A stretch of DNA of 59,138 nucleotides, filler included, from Nitrospinae bacterium RIFCSPLOWO2_12_FULL_45_22 (GTDB lineage: Bacteria; 2-12-FULL-45-22), in NCBI GenBank assembly GCA_001803565.1. It is 6 parts of 6 records of this genome, joined end to end, with 100 filler letters (N's around TTAATTAATTAA, not from the genome) between each part and the next. Parts side by side here need not be neighbours in the genome. Positions count along the whole stretch, not along the records: positions 1 to 5,939 come from MHDQ01000254.1; positions 6,040 to 12,450 come from MHDQ01000255.1; 4 more parts are not named here. The stretch is one strand, 5' to 3'. Position 1 is the first letter of the stretch. Each line of letters opens with the position of its first letter. The translations under genes were made by a program, and so were the position numbers. Below the pieces are notes generated by a model. The model ran no database searches. It was not told the DNA's origin and saw nothing but the letters and a program-made list of their open reading frames with translations. This document shows positions 1 through 9,201 of this stretch, piece after piece.

Positions 1-2
1 CA

Positions 3-665
3 TCATACGATAAAGCAAATCGGACATCTGTCAATTCGTATCGGGGACCCGGCGTTAAGGAAGGTATAAAGATTTTAGCTGATATAAAAAAACGGTTGGG
101 CTTACTGATGCTTTCCGATGTCCATCGAGAAGAGGATATACCGATCGTATTGGAAACACTCGATATTATCCAGATACCCGCTTTTCTCTGTCGTCAAACT
201 GATTTAATTCTGGCTGCTGCAAAGACGGGCAAACCAATTAATATCAAAAAAGGGCAATTTTTGGCGCCCTGGGATATGAAGGCAGTTGTCGGAAAAATGC
301 GAAGTACGGGGAATGAACAGATTCTATTAACCGAACGAGGTACATGCTTTGGTTATAATAATCTGGTCAGCGATATGCGGTCGTTAGTCATAATGCGTGA
401 ATTAGGCTATCCTGTAATTTATGATGCTACACATAGTGTTCAGTTACCAGGTGGTCAGGGAAACGCCTCTGGAGGTGAAAGAAACATGGTTATACCGCTC
501 GCCAGAGCTGCAGTTGCAACAGGATGCGATGGTTTGTTCCTGGAAGTGCACGAAAACCCCGGAAAAGCGCTTTCTGATGCCGCAACAATGCTTTCAATAG
601 AAGCCCTGCCGAACTTGATAGACCAGGTATTGGAGATACACAGAGTGGTTACAACAGATACTTAA
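3..665 (+). CDS. kdsA: KDO8P synthase, 5'-truncated at window start
   Basis: Frame from nt 3 reads SYDKANRTS; also QIPAFLCRQTDL, KKGQF, ERG..FGYNNLV, DATHSVQ motifs. Confidence 0.95.
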   Translation, partial: SYDKANRTSVNSYRGPGVKEGIKILADIKKRLGLLMLSDVHREEDIPIVLETLDIIQIPAFLCRQTDLILAAAKTGKPINIKKGQFLAPWDMKAVVGKMRSTGNEQILLTERGTCFGYNNLVSDMRSLVIMRELGYPVIYDATHSVQLPGGQGNASGGERNMVIPLARAAVATGCDGLFLEVHENPGKALSDAATMLSIEALPNLIDQVLEIHRVVTTDT

Positions 666-675
666 AAATATATCA

Positions 676-748
676 CCCTCCCACAATCCCTCCAGTCAAG
701 GGAGGGAAAGTTCCCTCGCCCCTTGTGGGAGAGGGTCTGGGTGAGGGG
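676..748. repeat. GC-rich double-hairpin palindromic element after kdsA
   Basis: CACCCTCCCACAA-TCCCTCC...GGGAGGGA...TTGTGGGAGAGGGT; similar fragment at about 45709-45732. Confidence 0.5.
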
Positions 749-769
749 TATTTTTGTGTAAATTAATTA

Positions 770-797
770 TTGTAAATACATAAAATTTTAGTATAAT
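770..797 (+). promoter_or_regulatory. Putative sigma70 promoter of tRNA-Thr
   Basis: TTGTAA-N16-TATAAT, about 30 nt upstream of the tRNA. Confidence 0.5.
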
Positions 798-827
798 TTT
801 ACCGTTTTAAAGGAATATTGAATAAAT

Positions 828-900
828 GCCCGCGTAGCTCAATTGGCGGAGCACGTCATTCGTAATGATGAGGTTGTCGGTTCGACTCCGATCGCGGGCT
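828..900 (+). tRNA. tRNA-Thr(CGT), copy 1
   Basis: GCCCGCG/CGCGGGC acceptor stem, anticodon loop TTCGTAA, T-arm GGTTCGACTCC; CCA not encoded. Confidence 0.93.
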
Positions 901-959
901 TTTACTANNNNNNNNNNNNNNNNNNNNNNNNNNNNNNNNTACTGGAATGTGTAATAAAT

Positions 960-1032
960 GCCCGCGTAGCTCAATTGGCGGAGCACGTCATTCGTAATGA
1001 TGAGGTTGTCGGTTCGACTCCGATCGCGGGCT
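960..1032 (+). tRNA. tRNA-Thr(CGT), copy 2, identical and across an N gap
   Basis: Identical to 828-900; may be an assembly duplication. Confidence 0.75.
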
Positions 1033-1158
1033 TTTACTAGTAAGGCATAGTCAAAGGTAGACCCCTCCTGATTCTTTAGAACATATCAAAACAGCATATA
1101 TTTTCAGGAAAATTATTCTCTTCAATTCGGATTTGTAGCCCTCATTTGTAAAATAATT

Positions 1159-2547
1159 ATGGTCATTAACAAAAAAAAGGTATTCGTATTGGGACTGGAC
1201 TCGATACCACCAGAACTCCTATTTGATAGATGGTTAGACCAGCTACCCAATATAAAACGCCTTATTTCCAATAGTATCTATGGTGAAATGAAGAGTACCA
1301 TCCCGGCTATCACCTGTCCGGCATGGGTGTCTATGATGACTAGCGCCAATCCAGGCAGGTTGGGATTGTACGGGTTTAGAAATCGATCGGACTATGATTA
1401 TGAGGGATTATCATTTGCAAATTCAAACACCATTCATCAGGATACCGTTTGGGATATTTTATCAAAAATAGGGAAGAAGGTTGTGGTTATTGGCGTACCC
1501 ATGACGTACCCGCCAAAACCTGTCAATGGGTGCATGGTAACATGCTTTATGACGCCCGATACGAGTTGTGATTATACGTATCCACACGAGTTGAAAACTG
1601 AGGTAGAAGCCGTTTCAAATGGCTATATCCTCGATGTCGGGGAGTTCCGGAGTGATAATAAAGAGCCTATTTTAAAAACCATCTATGATATGACGGAGAA
1701 ACGATTCCGGCTAACCAGACATTTTATTCGTTCCAAAGACTGGGATTTCTTTATGGTTGTAGAAATGGGTACCGACAGGATTCATCACGCATTCTGGAAA
1801 TATTTTGACGAGGAACATCCTAAGTATATCTCGGGTTCTCAATATCGGGATGCCATTCTGAATTATTACAAATACCTTGATGATGAAATTGGTGAGACAT
1901 TGAAACTATTATCTGATGACACCTTGATTTTTATTGTATCCGATCATGGCGCTAAAAAGATGGTAGGCGGTATCTGCATCAATGAATGGCTAATCCAGAA
2001 TGGCTACCTGAAGCTGGTACAATATCCGTCAGAGACAACGCAATTCAATAAACTCATTGTCGACTGGGAAAATACGATGGTCTGGGGTGAGGGCGGATAT
2101 TACGGCCGAATTTTTATGAATGTGAAAGGCCGTGAACCCAGTGGAGTCATTGCACCGCAGCACTATGGGCATTTTCGGAATGAATTGATAAGGAAGTTGG
2201 AAGATTTACGGGATGAGCATGGCAGGAATATTAATACAAAAGTCTTCAAACCCGAAGATATTTACACGGAATGCAATGGCATACCTCCTGATTTGATTGT
2301 GTACTACGGCGATCTCTCTTGGCGGTCTATTGGCAGTGTGGGGAACAGGACTATATGGGCAAGTGAGAACGACACCGGTACTGATGATGCAAACCATTCC
2401 CAGTACGGTATCTTTATTATGCGAAATGGCAGGAGTCAATATGGAGTAAGACGTGAAGGTGTGACTCTATACGATATTGCACCGACGATACTGAACTATA
2501 TGGGTGTTAAAGTACCAGAAGATATGGAAGGGAAGGCGCTTTTGTAG
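1159..2547 (+). CDS. Alkaline phosphatase-superfamily type I phosphodiesterase/nucleotide pyrophosphatase
   Basis: VLGLD, STIPAITCPAW, DRIHH, SDHG and C-terminal DIAPTIL motifs. Confidence 0.85.
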   Translation: MVINKKKVFVLGLDSIPPELLFDRWLDQLPNIKRLISNSIYGEMKSTIPAITCPAWVSMMTSANPGRLGLYGFRNRSDYDYEGLSFANSNTIHQDTVWDILSKIGKKVVVIGVPMTYPPKPVNGCMVTCFMTPDTSCDYTYPHELKTEVEAVSNGYILDVGEFRSDNKEPILKTIYDMTEKRFRLTRHFIRSKDWDFFMVVEMGTDRIHHAFWKYFDEEHPKYISGSQYRDAILNYYKYLDDEIGETLKLLSDDTLIFIVSDHGAKKMVGGICINEWLIQNGYLKLVQYPSETTQFNKLIVDWENTMVWGEGGYYGRIFMNVKGREPSGVIAPQHYGHFRNELIRKLEDLRDEHGRNINTKVFKPEDIYTECNGIPPDLIVYYGDLSWRSIGSVGNRTIWASENDTGTDDANHSQYGIFIMRNGRSQYGVRREGVTLYDIAPTILNYMGVKVPEDMEGKALL

Positions 2548-2629
2548 TTATTTTACAAAAAATGTTCTTGCCTTTTTAGCAAAAATATTTTTAACAACGT
2601 CAGATGAATTTTCGCTCATTAAAATTATA

Positions 2630-2658
2630 TTGACATTGTTTTGCCAACTACTTAATAT
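2630..2658 (+). promoter_or_regulatory. Putative Pc-like sigma70 promoter for the cassette array
   Basis: TTGACA-N17-TAATAT about 120 nt upstream of the first GTTAGGC. Confidence 0.55.
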
Positions 2659-2765
2659 ACCGGCAAGTTGTATACAAAGTTTATTATATGCCCAGATGGA
2701 CATATAATATTCCACTGTAAGAGTATTATATGTACTAATAGCCGTAAAGCAAGACGGCTTTTATT

Positions 2766-2785
2766 ACGCCTAATTCATGTTAGGC
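2766..2785 (+). mobile_element. Putative attI-like entry site of the cassette array
   Basis: GCCTAATTCAT-GTTAGGC; the core pairs with GCATAAC at the end of cassette 1; no full attC hairpin upstream. Confidence 0.5.
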
Positions 2786-2812
2786 CACTAAGACAATCTA
2801 TTGGAGCCACGC

Positions 2813-3385
2813 ATGGTTTCAGACTTGAAATGGCGCACTGGATTTGGATGGTCATCTCTACTGCTTTTCCTAGCCTCCTTGGCTGGCGCCATCCTGCTTC
2901 AGGGCTTTGTTCGTGGAGCGTTCGCAGTCTTGGTGGCTCTTTTCGGAACTTGGCTCGCGTATCGATTTCACACGTGGAATGGGTTACCTTGGCGAAAGGT
3001 CCATTTCAGGGCGATGCTTCTCTATTCAGTGTCTGCTGGGAAAGAAACGCAGGCAGCTCAAGACCAGAAAAGGCCCTTTAGTGTACCGAACGCCTGCAAA
3101 GAAATGGCGATGCTCATGTGCGGGTCCCATAAGGGCATTTTCGTCGATGCTATGATGTCCGAGCTATTGACCGAGAAAGGCGCGTATTTTCGGGATCTTT
3201 TGCGCTCCCATGGCCCTGCTCTGCGGCCGAACTTGTCGGCACGAACACTGTCAGACATATCATCTACAGCCGAGGCGATGGACTTCTGCCCTCAACTCGT
3301 AATCGGAAATATCATTGAAAACACCTACGGACCTGAAGAAGCCGCCCGCTATGTTCTGGCTGTACTTGCTCGTCAAGCATATTGA
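2813..3385 (+). CDS. Integron cassette 1: hypothetical membrane protein
   Basis: GGAG RBS at 2803, ATG at 2813, two N-terminal hydrophobic helices, bounded by GTTAGGC and attC. Confidence 0.75.
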   Translation: MVSDLKWRTGFGWSSLLLFLASLAGAILLQGFVRGAFAVLVALFGTWLAYRFHTWNGLPWRKVHFRAMLLYSVSAGKETQAAQDQKRPFSVPNACKEMAMLMCGSHKGIFVDAMMSELLTEKGAYFRDLLRSHGPALRPNLSARTLSDISSTAEAMDFCPQLVIGNIIENTYGPEEAARYVLAVLARQAY

Positions 3386-3397
3386 AGTTCACGATGG

Positions 3398-3521
3398 GCA
3401 TAACAAGGGCGTCAACACCGACCGATGCCACATTGGTTTTACAAGGTCTGGTTCCCAGATTCAACCGTTTCCCTCTCGTCGGCGTCCTCTCGGCGCCGGC
3501 GGGTTACGCCCGGCGTTAGGT
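3398..3521 (+). mobile_element. attC site 1 (124 bp)
   Basis: R'' GCATAAC ... GTCAAC/GGTTAC inner boxes ... R' GTTAGGT, imperfect palindrome. Confidence 0.85.
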
Positions 3522-3550
3522 GTTTAACATCACATTACACTGCAACATAT

Positions 3551-4388
3551 ATGAACCTGTCAAACGAAGAAAGAAATCGTATTCTGAAAAAAAAGCATCA
3601 ACAATTGTATGGTGACTGGAAACGAAAGAATGGTCCCTGCATTATCTGTGGTGAAGGAGAGGGAAACGAAAAAGACCATTTACCGCCGAAGGTTCTGTTC
3701 CCCAGAAGCTTAAGGAGTGACATAACAGAATTCTTCACTTTTCCAGTTTGCTCGAACTGCAACCGAGGTTCATCAGACGAGGACTTCTTGTTTAGTGTCT
3801 TATTGTCATTTGGTCTCAATCAAATATCCATTTTGAATAATCAAAAGCCTACTGACCCTGATTTGCTTGCATTGTATGACCAGGCACAGGGTCACTTCCA
3901 AAATCCAACAGAAGCTAAACATCGTCAGGGCTTGCTGCAAAACTACATTGGGAAAGATCCCTATAGTGGCAGAGATGCGATCAACATCAAGAAGTTGCCC
4001 ATAAACCAAACCACAACCAAGATAGTAAAATCCATTTAGCTGGTTACATACTGGTGGTGACATTCTTCAGAGGTACAACCCTGGCTGGTGGATCCTTCCC
4101 TCTATTGATACATCGAAAACACACTTCATTGAAAAGCACCTGAAGATGACTCATGCTGAAATTCAATGGGGGGATAGGTTTATTTCGCATTTTTCAATCG
4201 GCCATCCGGAAAATGGTGTTGGTGGGCTCATTTCATGTTCCCTTCACTTCTATACTAAGAAGACAGTAGGTAAAGGGATGAGTTGGTATTTGAGAGCTTC
4301 GCCAGTCAAGACTACAATCAATGACGTAAGTCTGTATGAACTGTGCACCTCAGTATGGGGAGCAGCAACAATAAAACCGCGAAGATGA
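3551..4388 (+). pseudogene. Integron cassette 2: HNH-like nuclease, frameshifted at about 4039
   Basis: CIIC...KDHLPPK...CSNCN motif; removing one base in TAGC (4037-4040) gives TAC and joins the ORF to the open frame ending at 4388. Confidence 0.7.
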
Positions 4389-4397
4389 AGATTGCTC

Positions 4398-4521
4398 ACC
4401 TAACCAGGCGTTGTAGCTGACCTGTCACGTTTGCATTTCGCCCTAGCGTGACCGAGCGTAGGCCAAGGCGAAGGAGAAGACGGGCGGCAAGCGCGCCAGG
4501 CAGCTAAACGCAACGTTGGCC
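4398..4521 (+). mobile_element. attC site 2 (124 bp)
   Basis: R'' ACCTAAC is the exact complement of GTTAGGT at 3515; R' GTTGGCC; inner GTAGCTG/CAGCTAAAC. Confidence 0.9.
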
Positions 4522-4529
4522 AGAGATAA

Positions 4530-5156
4530 ATGATGATAACTGAACTACTAGAGAATCTAAATCATAGCGGCATTGCGTACGCCATAGTCTGTGCCCTTTC
4601 GGCATGGCTTGGCAAGGTTTGGGCGGCGCGCATTGGTCGCTCTGAAAACTCGAAACTTCAAGAACAAATCACGAAGCTCAAGGATGATCTTGGGCGTGCG
4701 CAAAAGATACTGTCCGGCGAAGTGCAGAAATCCGTACATGTGCACAAAGTGCAGTTCGAAAAGGAGTTCCTTGTATATCAAGACCTGATGAAGCAAGCGA
4801 ATCGTCTGCGTCGAGCCTTCTTCACTCTTCACCGCAACCTTCAACCCATTTTCGATAACAAGAAAGAGGCTGATACACACTTTAAGCCTCTGAGAAAGGA
4901 TTTTGCCGCCGCCTTCGAAGTCGCCAGAGACACGGTAGAGGAGAACAGACCTTTCTATGCAGAAGAGGTGTTCGCACAATGTGACCGTCTTATAGAAATG
5001 GCCGTGACGGAACTCGGCAGTTTGAGCGTAGCAGACGGCCTTGGCATCCTCACCTTCAATGAAATCGACAAAATGAAGAAGGAGTTGACCCAAGTTCACA
5101 AGGATCTCACCGATAGTATTCGTCATCGTCTAGATACACTCGTAATCATCGAGTAA
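4530..5156 (+). CDS. Integron cassette 3: hypothetical protein with an N-terminal TM helix and coiled coil
   Basis: ORF fills the space between attC2 and attC3. Confidence 0.8.
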   Translation: MMITELLENLNHSGIAYAIVCALSAWLGKVWAARIGRSENSKLQEQITKLKDDLGRAQKILSGEVQKSVHVHKVQFEKEFLVYQDLMKQANRLRRAFFTLHRNLQPIFDNKKEADTHFKPLRKDFAAAFEVARDTVEENRPFYAEEVFAQCDRLIEMAVTELGSLSVADGLGILTFNEIDKMKKELTQVHKDLTDSIRHRLDTLVIIE

Positions 5157-5161
5157 GATTT

Positions 5162-5231
5162 GGCCAACAAAGAGGTTGAGCTTATTCTGAACCCGTTGCG
5201 GGTTCAGAAACGCTCACCTCCAACGTTAAGT
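5162..5231 (+). mobile_element. attC site 3 (70 bp)
   Basis: R'' GGCCAAC complements GTTGGCC at 4515; hairpin TTCTGAACCCG/CGGGTTCAGAA; R' GTTAAGT. Confidence 0.9.
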
Positions 5232-5250
5232 CAACAAAGGATACCACTTC

Positions 5251-5796
5251 ATGTTTGGATTTCTGAAGAGCAAGCACGGCGACGAAGAACTCTCGCGAGA
5301 GTGTGTACGTCACGTCTTCGCGGTTGGACGTGAGACATGCCCATCGATCGTTGAGGCCGTCCAGATGTTTACGCAAGGCGATGTTTCCTTTCCCGTCAAC
5401 GATGCTGCGAGTCTTGATATCTCGCTGGCGATACTCGGCACATCGCTTGCCGTCCTGAAGGGGCATTCTCAAGTCATGACCGCAGACCGGGGAACTCACA
5501 TTGAGACATTCTGCAAACATTCAATCCAAAGGGACTATGACCTGCCTTCCGACTCCGCTGACAAGTTAAATGACACACTCGACGAGTATCAGGCCGCATT
5601 TGAGAAGTCGATGGCAGGCAAAAACAACCCCTTTGGAGAGACATCAGGAATGATGTTAGTTCGATGCCTTGGGCCTCGCGCAAAAGCTCTGTGCCTTCCG
5701 GGGACATCAGCCCTGAGATTTTTTGTGCACCAAGTCGTCGGCGATCTAATGACGATGACAGTAACGCAGGTATTGACGTTCTGGAAAGGAAAATGA
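5251..5796 (+). CDS. Integron cassette 4: hypothetical protein
   Basis: AAGGA RBS; ORF between attC3 and attC4. Confidence 0.75.
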   Translation: MFGFLKSKHGDEELSRECVRHVFAVGRETCPSIVEAVQMFTQGDVSFPVNDAASLDISLAILGTSLAVLKGHSQVMTADRGTHIETFCKHSIQRDYDLPSDSADKLNDTLDEYQAAFEKSMAGKNNPFGETSGMMLVRCLGPRAKALCLPGTSALRFFVHQVVGDLMTMTVTQVLTFWKGK

Positions 5797-5804
5797 AAGA
5801 GATG

Positions 5805-5884
5805 GCCGAACAATCGCATAGAGAGCGACGAGGAATAGCGAGCCGAAGCGCGCCATTCCTTGCGTCTCATGCGTGACGTTAGGC
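5805..5884 (+). mobile_element. attC site 4 (80 bp); next cassette cut by the contig end
   Basis: R'' GCCGAAC, CGCATAGAG/CTCATGCG pairing, R' GTTAGGC. Confidence 0.85.
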
Positions 5885-5939
5885 ATAGCGCGGAGGTCAT
5901 TAATAAGAGGAAGTTAATATGGGTTGAAGTAATCAGGAG

Positions 5940-6039
5940 NNNNNNNNNNNNNNNNNNNNNNNNNNNNNNNNNNNNNNNNNNNNTTAATTAATTAANNNNN
6001 NNNNNNNNNNNNNNNNNNNNNNNNNNNNNNNNNNNNNNN
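5940..6039. other. Artificial contig linker (also 12451-12550, 27735-27834, 37062-37161, 53719-53818)
   Basis: N-run, TTAATTAATTAA (stops in all frames), N-run. Confidence 0.97.
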
Positions 6040-6040
6040 T

Positions 6041-6775
6041 ACGGGCTGTACTTTTACCGCTGCTATAGCGGCAGAACTAGCTAAAGGTAAGGGCTTGATA
6101 GAGGCGGTGTCAATAGCTAAAGAATATATAAGCTCTTTGCTGCACCACGGCTTTGCCTGGAGAGGAGACAAATATCTAATGTTTCATTCTTTCCTTCTCC
6201 TTAGGGAAGCCCAAAGATATACCCTGGTTCAGGAAATACTCGCAGTCCTGGAACTCCTCAAAGAAGAAGAGATAGGCGATTTAATACCGGAGGTTCAATC
6301 TAACCTGGGACTCGCCCTACCCGATGCTTGTGGGGTAGAAGATGTCCTGGCTATCCCGGGCCGTATAATACGCTTAGGTAAAAGTATAACCTGGATTAAG
6401 CCCCCCGCCTTCGGTACCTCACAGCACATTGCCAGGATTATCCTTACTGTTCTCAGATACGATCCCCAGAAGAGGGCAGTGATGAATATCCGTTATTCTC
6501 CAGAGATTATTCGGGCTGGGGAGCAGCTTAGGCTGCGGATAGGTAGTTTCAGCCGAGACCAGGAGCCAGGAGAGATAAAGGATCAGGAAGGGAAGTCATT
6601 AGAATGGGGCGTAAGTAGAGCTATTGAGGAATTAGGTATGGTGCCAGACTTGATCTATGATACTGGTGGGTGGGGTAAAGAGGCTATGATCAGGGTTATT
6701 GGTAAAGATGCCAGGGATGTGGCCTCTAAGGTAATAGCCCTACATAAAGAATGGTTAAGGAGTGCAAAAAGATAA
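6041..6775 (+). CDS. thiDN: ThiD-ThiN fusion (HMP-P kinase tail plus ThiN-type thiamine-phosphate synthase domain), 5'-truncated
   Basis: TGCTFTAAIAAELAKG (ThiD motif) then LIPEVQSNL, PGRI, FGTSQHIAR, PDLIYDTGGWGKEAMIRV (ThiN). Confidence 0.8.
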   Translation, partial: TGCTFTAAIAAELAKGKGLIEAVSIAKEYISSLLHHGFAWRGDKYLMFHSFLLLREAQRYTLVQEILAVLELLKEEEIGDLIPEVQSNLGLALPDACGVEDVLAIPGRIIRLGKSITWIKPPAFGTSQHIARIILTVLRYDPQKRAVMNIRYSPEIIRAGEQLRLRIGSFSRDQEPGEIKDQEGKSLEWGVSRAIEELGMVPDLIYDTGGWGKEAMIRVIGKDARDVASKVIALHKEWLRSAKR

Positions 6776-6778
6776 GCC

Positions 6779-7915
6779 ATGGGCTCAAAGAAGATTTTTA
6801 TTATGGCGGGTGAAGCCTCGGCTGACCTCCACGGTGCTAATCTAGTAAAGAGCCTATTAGAGCTATCGCCCGATCTGGAGTTCTATGGTGTTGGCGGCCC
6901 CAAGATGCGAGGAGCCGGGGTAAAGACCTTTTATGATATAAAAGAGCTTAATACGGTTGGTTTGGTCGAGGTTTTTGGTAAGGCCCTATCTCTCTACCGT
7001 ATCTATCGCCATATCTTAAAGAGATTACGGGAAGGGGGGGTCTCTCTGGCTATCTTTATTGATTTTCCCGGGCTCAATATCCGGCTGGGCAGGAAGACAA
7101 AAGATATGGGAATCCCGCCGGTCTATTATATCGGGCCGCAGGTATGGGCTGGCAGGACCCCTTGGCGGGTAAGAAAGATAGCCAGGAGTTTTGCCCGCAT
7201 CTTAGTAATATTCCCTTTTGAAGTACCATATTACCAGAAAAAGAATGGTCAGGTAGAATTTATCGGCCATCCATTACTGGATGTGGTAAGACCCTCCATG
7301 TCTAAAGAAGAGGCCAGGGAGGTCTTTGGCCTGGATCCCCAAAATTATACTATTGGCCTCTTCCCGGGCAGCCGTCCCAGCGAGATCGAGCTATTGCTGC
7401 CACCTATCCTGCAGACTTGCCAGATCATCCTTAATACCTTACCGGAGACCCAATTTGTCCTGGCACTGGCAGATACCTTGACCAGCGATCAGGTAGAAGG
7501 CCCCCTGTCTTCAGCCAACCTACCCATAAAGATCATTGAAGGCCGACCTTATGATGTCATGCAGGTCTCGGATTTCCTCTTGCTCTCTTCTGGTACTGCT
7601 ACCCTGGAAGCGGCCCTTATGGAAAAGCCTATGATTATCCTTTATAAGTTACATTTTTTTAGCTGGCTCTTAAGTAAAATATTCCTGAAAGCCCCTTACC
7701 TGGGCTTGGTGAATGATATTGCTGGCCAGGAGATTGCGGCTGAGTTCCAACAATACCGGATCTCACCCCAGAAGATGGCCCGGGTAGCGATAGAGACCTT
7801 ACAAAATCCGGGGATTTATTCTGCTAAGGTGGAAACCCTCAAGGCTTTACGGCCCCAGTTAGGTATACCCGGTGCTGCCCGGCGTGCTGCCCAGAGCATC
7901 CTGGAGCTATTGTGA
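6779..7915 (+). CDS. lpxB: Lipid-A-disaccharide synthase
   Basis: AGEASADLHG, IDFPG, PQVWA, FPFE, GHPL, PGSR, SGTATLE. Confidence 0.95.
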   Translation: MGSKKIFIMAGEASADLHGANLVKSLLELSPDLEFYGVGGPKMRGAGVKTFYDIKELNTVGLVEVFGKALSLYRIYRHILKRLREGGVSLAIFIDFPGLNIRLGRKTKDMGIPPVYYIGPQVWAGRTPWRVRKIARSFARILVIFPFEVPYYQKKNGQVEFIGHPLLDVVRPSMSKEEAREVFGLDPQNYTIGLFPGSRPSEIELLLPPILQTCQIILNTLPETQFVLALADTLTSDQVEGPLSSANLPIKIIEGRPYDVMQVSDFLLLSSGTATLEAALMEKPMIILYKLHFFSWLLSKIFLKAPYLGLVNDIAGQEIAAEFQQYRISPQKMARVAIETLQNPGIYSAKVETLKALRPQLGIPGAARRAAQSILELL

Positions 7916-7957
7916 GTTTGTAGGCAAGCCCTCAGTCTTAAAGACCCCCTTCGTTGG

Positions 7958-7986
7958 TTGACATATCTTTCCCTCAAAGCTAAATT
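7958..7986 (+). promoter_or_regulatory. Putative sigma70 promoter of nadA
   Basis: TTGACA-N17-TAAATT. Confidence 0.5.
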
Positions 7987-8151
7987 TAAATTGTTATTTC
8001 AGGTTTTAGCCACGAATTTACACGAATGAGTACGAAACAAAGTTTCTTTTATTTATTCGAGAGAATTCCTGGCTAAACAATTGCTTAGGGAAATATGGGG
8101 TCTGGAGCCGGTGCCCGGTATGGAGCCGAAGAAAAAGGAAGAGAGAAGTCT

Positions 8152-9084
8152 ATGAATAATCATTATGACGAGGAGAGATTAAAGCAGAGTATCCGGGAGC
8201 TCCTTAAAAAGCGGAAGGCCATCCTCCTGGCCCATAATTATCAGAGGGACGAGATTCAGGAGATTGCCGATATCACCGGTGACTCCTTGGGGCTGAGTCA
8301 GGCGGCTGCCCAGACCGATGCCGAAGTCATTGTCTTCTGTGGGGTACATTTTATGGCCGAGAGCGCCACTATCCTATCGCCCGATAAGACCGTCTTGCTG
8401 CCCAGGATAGAGGCCGGGTGCCCCATGGCGGATATGGTTACGGTAAAGGCATTGGAAAAGAAAAAGGAGGAACATCCGGATGCTGTAGTGGTATGTTATG
8501 TTAATAGCTCTGCGGCGATAAAAGCCCATAGTGATATATGCTGTACCTCGGCTAATTCGGTAAAAGTAGTCAATTCTATTCCTAATGGTCGCCCGATCCT
8601 CTTAATACCAGATACGAACCTGGGGCGGTATGTAGCCAGCCAGACCAGGAAAGAGATCATCTTGTGGCCAGGATTCTGTCCCACCCATCACCGCCTGAAA
8701 GTAGAGATGGTGCAAAGGGCAAAGGCTGAGCATCCCCAGGCCGAGTTTGTTGCTCACCCGGAATGTACCCCAGAGGTCTTAAAGCTAGCAGACTATATCT
8801 GTAGCACTTCTGGCATGTATAAATATGCCCGTGCGAGTGAAGCCAGGGAGATTATTGTGGGGACAGAATTAGGCATCCTTTATCGGCTAAGGAAAGAGAA
8901 CCCGGACAAACAGTTCTATGAACCCTGGGAAGATATGATCTGTCCTAATATGAAACTGACGACTTTGGAGGATGTGGTATATGCCTTAGAGAGTATGGTG
9001 CATATCATTACTGTACCAGAGGATATTCGGCTCAAGGCAAGAAAGGCCCTGGACAGAATGCTCGAAATCCCAAGGGATTATTAA
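8152..9084 (+). CDS. nadA: Quinolinate synthase A
   Basis: [39 protein letters not shown]. Confidence 0.96.
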   Translation: MNNHYDEERLKQSIRELLKKRKAILLAHNYQRDEIQEIADITGDSLGLSQAAAQTDAEVIVFCGVHFMAESATILSPDKTVLLPRIEAGCPMADMVTVKALEKKKEEHPDAVVVCYVNSSAAIKAHSDICCTSANSVKVVNSIPNGRPILLIPDTNLGRYVASQTRKEIILWPGFCPTHHRLKVEMVQRAKAEHPQAEFVAHPECTPEVLKLADYICSTSGMYKYARASEAREIIVGTELGILYRLRKENPDKQFYEPWEDMICPNMKLTTLEDVVYALESMVHIITVPEDIRLKARKALDRMLEIPRDY

Positions 9085-9201
9085 TTTAATCGTATAGGAA
9101 TTTTCATTAGAAGCGTTCAGCTATCAGCCATCAGCTTTCAGCAAAAACAGGTAAATACAAGAAAACAACTCCCCATTTCTTAGATCACGGTGAACAGTTA
9201 T

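Noticed and set aside
843-1040. 65-aa ORF with an internal repeat
   Set aside because: Translation of the duplicated tRNA-Thr across Ns.
3398-4521. attC1 and attC2 are both 124 bp and exactly 1000 bp apart
   Set aside because: Their internal sequences are unrelated; treated as coincidence.
1-5939. Contig 1 may come from a different organism than the other contigs
   Set aside because: Only an impression from codon style; needs tetranucleotide and coverage analysis, so not claimed.
5984-5995. TTAATTAATTAA palindrome recurring five times
   Set aside because: Always embedded in N runs; an artificial contig linker.
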